Shown: positions 30,624-32,000 of the stretch, one piece after another
Layout of the letters: every line of letters begins with the position of its first letter
How positions within the stretch are numbered: position 1 is the first letter of the stretch
Origin: Candidatus Iainarchaeum sp.
GTDB taxonomy: Archaea; Iainarchaeota; Iainarchaeia; Iainarchaeales; JACQJH01
Assembly: GCA_016205145.1 (NCBI GenBank)
Contig: JACQJH010000002.1
Span: 450,001-482,000, forward strand
Reading direction: 5' to 3'
DNA: 32,000 bases
Translations under genes and position numbers: made by a program
The notes under the pieces: generated by a model
What the model saw: the letters and a program-made list of their open reading frames with translations, nothing else
What the model was told of the DNA's origin: nothing
Databases searched by the model: none

Positions 30624-31586
30624 ATGCTGCCTTGGGCGCTGCTGTTCGCGGTTTCGTTTGTTCTTGCGGCAATCGCTGTTTCGGTTGTCGCAAAATTCAA
30701 CGCGAAAAGGAACATTGTCGGCGTTGACATAAACAAGCGTGACCAGGCAATGGTGCCTGAAAGCACTGGCATAGCCTTGCTTCCCGTGCTTTTCGCGGTT
30801 TCGTTTCTTTTCCTTGCCAAGCCGCTTGGCGGAAACATCTGGGCATGGCTTTTAACCATGGGCGCATTCACGGGGATCGGATTTGCCGGCGATTTCAGCC
30901 AGCGCGTCCTGAACAGGGAAATTCCATGGACTGTGAGGGCAGCCGCCATCGCTTTTGTGTCCTTGGCGTTCGCATTTTTTTATTCGCAGGAATTCGATCC
31001 CTGGCCGTTGTGGCTGGTTTTGTTTTCGCTTTACATTGCAGGCATTGCCTCTTTCCAGAACACTTTCGCGGGCCTGAACGGCTGGGAAGTTGGTTCGGGC
31101 TTCATCATTTCAGTTTTTGTCGCCTTGCTGCTTGCTCCGACAAGGCTTTTCTGGCCGGCGATTGCCTTGAGCGGCGCGATTCTGGGCCTGCTGTTTTTCA
31201 ACAGGTTTCCGGCAAGGGTTTTTCCCGGCGACAGCGGAACCCTGCTCATGGGCTCGGCGATGGCGTCCCTGCTTTTGATGTCCCAGGACCTGGCGATAAT
31301 CGTTCCCGGATTCCTGTTCTTTTTGCCGCACGCGATCGACTTTTATGTCATAAAGCTTGGAACGAACCGCGGGGACGCGACGCAGAAAAAAGCCAAGCCG
31401 TATTCAGTGGGCTTTGACGGAAAGCTTTCAGTGCCGGGCAACGGAAAATCGGGCCTCGACTTCGCCAAAGTCATCATCCGCGCATTCGGCCCGCTGGAAG
31501 AATGGAAAATCGTCGCGATAATCTGGTTTGTGGTGGCGGCAAACTGCGCGTTCTGGTTCTACGTTTTTTCCCGCATCATACTGTGA
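30624..31586 (+). CDS. MraY/WecA-family polyprenyl-phosphate hexose-1-phosphate transferase (AglH-like)
   Basis: A polytopic membrane protein of about 10 TM helices. The N-terminal cytoplasmic loop VDINKRDQAMVPESTGI and overall topology resemble archaeal dolichyl-phosphate GlcNAc-1-P transferases. Confidence 0.7.
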   Translation: MLPWALLFAVSFVLAAIAVSVVAKFNAKRNIVGVDINKRDQAMVPESTGIALLPVLFAVSFLFLAKPLGGNIWAWLLTMGAFTGIGFAGDFSQRVLNREIPWTVRAAAIAFVSLAFAFFYSQEFDPWPLWLVLFSLYIAGIASFQNTFAGLNGWEVGSGFIISVFVALLLAPTRLFWPAIALSGAILGLLFFNRFPARVFPGDSGTLLMGSAMASLLLMSQDLAIIVPGFLFFLPHAIDFYVIKLGTNRGDATQKKAKPYSVGFDGKLSVPGNGKSGLDFAKVIIRAFGPLEEWKIVAIIWFVVAANCAFWFYVFSRIIL

Positions 31587-32000
31587 GTGCCTGCAATGGC
31601 GGCGAATGCCAGGCTTAAAAGCGTCGGAATGACTATCCTGACAACGCCGAAAACCACCATGATTGCGCCGATTTCCGCGAATGAAAGCATTGCATTTGAA
31701 AACGCGGGAACGGAAAGGTAAGCGAAGCCTGCCGCCTCCACCAGGCCGATGCCGCGCGGCAGGAACGGCGCCCGTTCAAGGATCGAGGCGATGACAAAAA
31801 GCGCGATCGCCGAGGCAAGCGGAATTGAAACGCCCACTGCAAAAAAGCTGTACAGCAAGGCGAGGAATTCAAAAAAAAGCGAGAGGGCGCTGAGCAAAAA
31901 AACCCATACAAAAAGCCGCAGGCTTATGCGCTTCAGGTAAGCAGAATAATTCGAAAAAAAATCCGCAGCCCTGGACAGCAGGGAAAATCTTTTGGATGCG
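31559..32000 (-). CDS. flippase-like / UPF0104 (LPG-synthase TM region) membrane protein, 5'-truncated by the window edge
   Basis: I read the frame by hand and it stays open to position 32000. The C-terminal segment ERAPFLPRGIGLVEAAGFAYL is typical of the family. Its 3' end overlaps the convergent gene by 28 nt. Confidence 0.6.
   Translation of the reverse strand, partial: ASKRFSLLSRAADFFSNYSAYLKRISLRLFVWVFLLSALSLFFEFLALLYSFFAVGVSIPLASAIALFVIASILERAPFLPRGIGLVEAAGFAYLSVPAFSNAMLSFAEIGAIMVVFGVVRIVIPTLLSLAFAAIAGTHSMMREKT

Overview
The window is archaeal chromosomal DNA of moderate GC and is densely coding. The diagnostic gene set includes topoisomerase VI A and B, aIF2-beta, aIF1A, a Rio-type kinase with a KH-domain partner, uL16/L10e, aRF1 with NIKS and GGQ motifs, Dph2, archaeal-type UMP kinase, TruD, PEP synthase and Mre11. 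Many genes have an A/T-rich TATA-like box 25-32 nt upstream of the start codon, which suggests leaderless mRNAs. Genes inside operons use GGAGG/GGTGA-type ribosome-binding sites or overlapping stop/start codons. I found no rRNA genes, CRISPR arrays, transposases or integrases.

The non-housekeeping part is a surface-modification cluster of about 11 kb (11442-22252), organised as two divergent operons plus a glycosyltransferase.
- Plus operon: a roughly 1000-aa fusion enzyme (AbrB-like domain, degenerate cytidylyltransferase-like domain, PPDK-type ATP-grasp and a phosphohistidine swivel domain), an LMW-PTP-fold protein, a peptidase-C26/class-I-amidotransferase-like hydrolase, and a LicC-like nucleotidyltransferase.
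- This trio matches the logic of the Campylobacter jejuni glutamine-kinase / CDP-glutamine / phosphoramidate-donor pathway (Cj1418/Cj1416/Cj1417). The fusions and partners here are different.
- Minus operon: an unknown protein, a formyltransferase-fold protein and two alkaline-phosphatase-superfamily enzymes.

Other notable features:
- a tRNA-Cys(GCA) carrying an unusually long 87-nt canonical-position intron;
- a roughly 60-nt two-hairpin element present twice (upstream of the tRNA and downstream of truD), with structure-preserving differences between copies;
- GCCGG/CCGGC hairpins at gene 3' ends;
- lysine/alanine/glutamate-rich C-terminal tails on uL16 and Top6B.

All functional calls come from reading the translated ORFs and motifs by eye. 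No database search was run. Coordinates of small elements were hand-counted.
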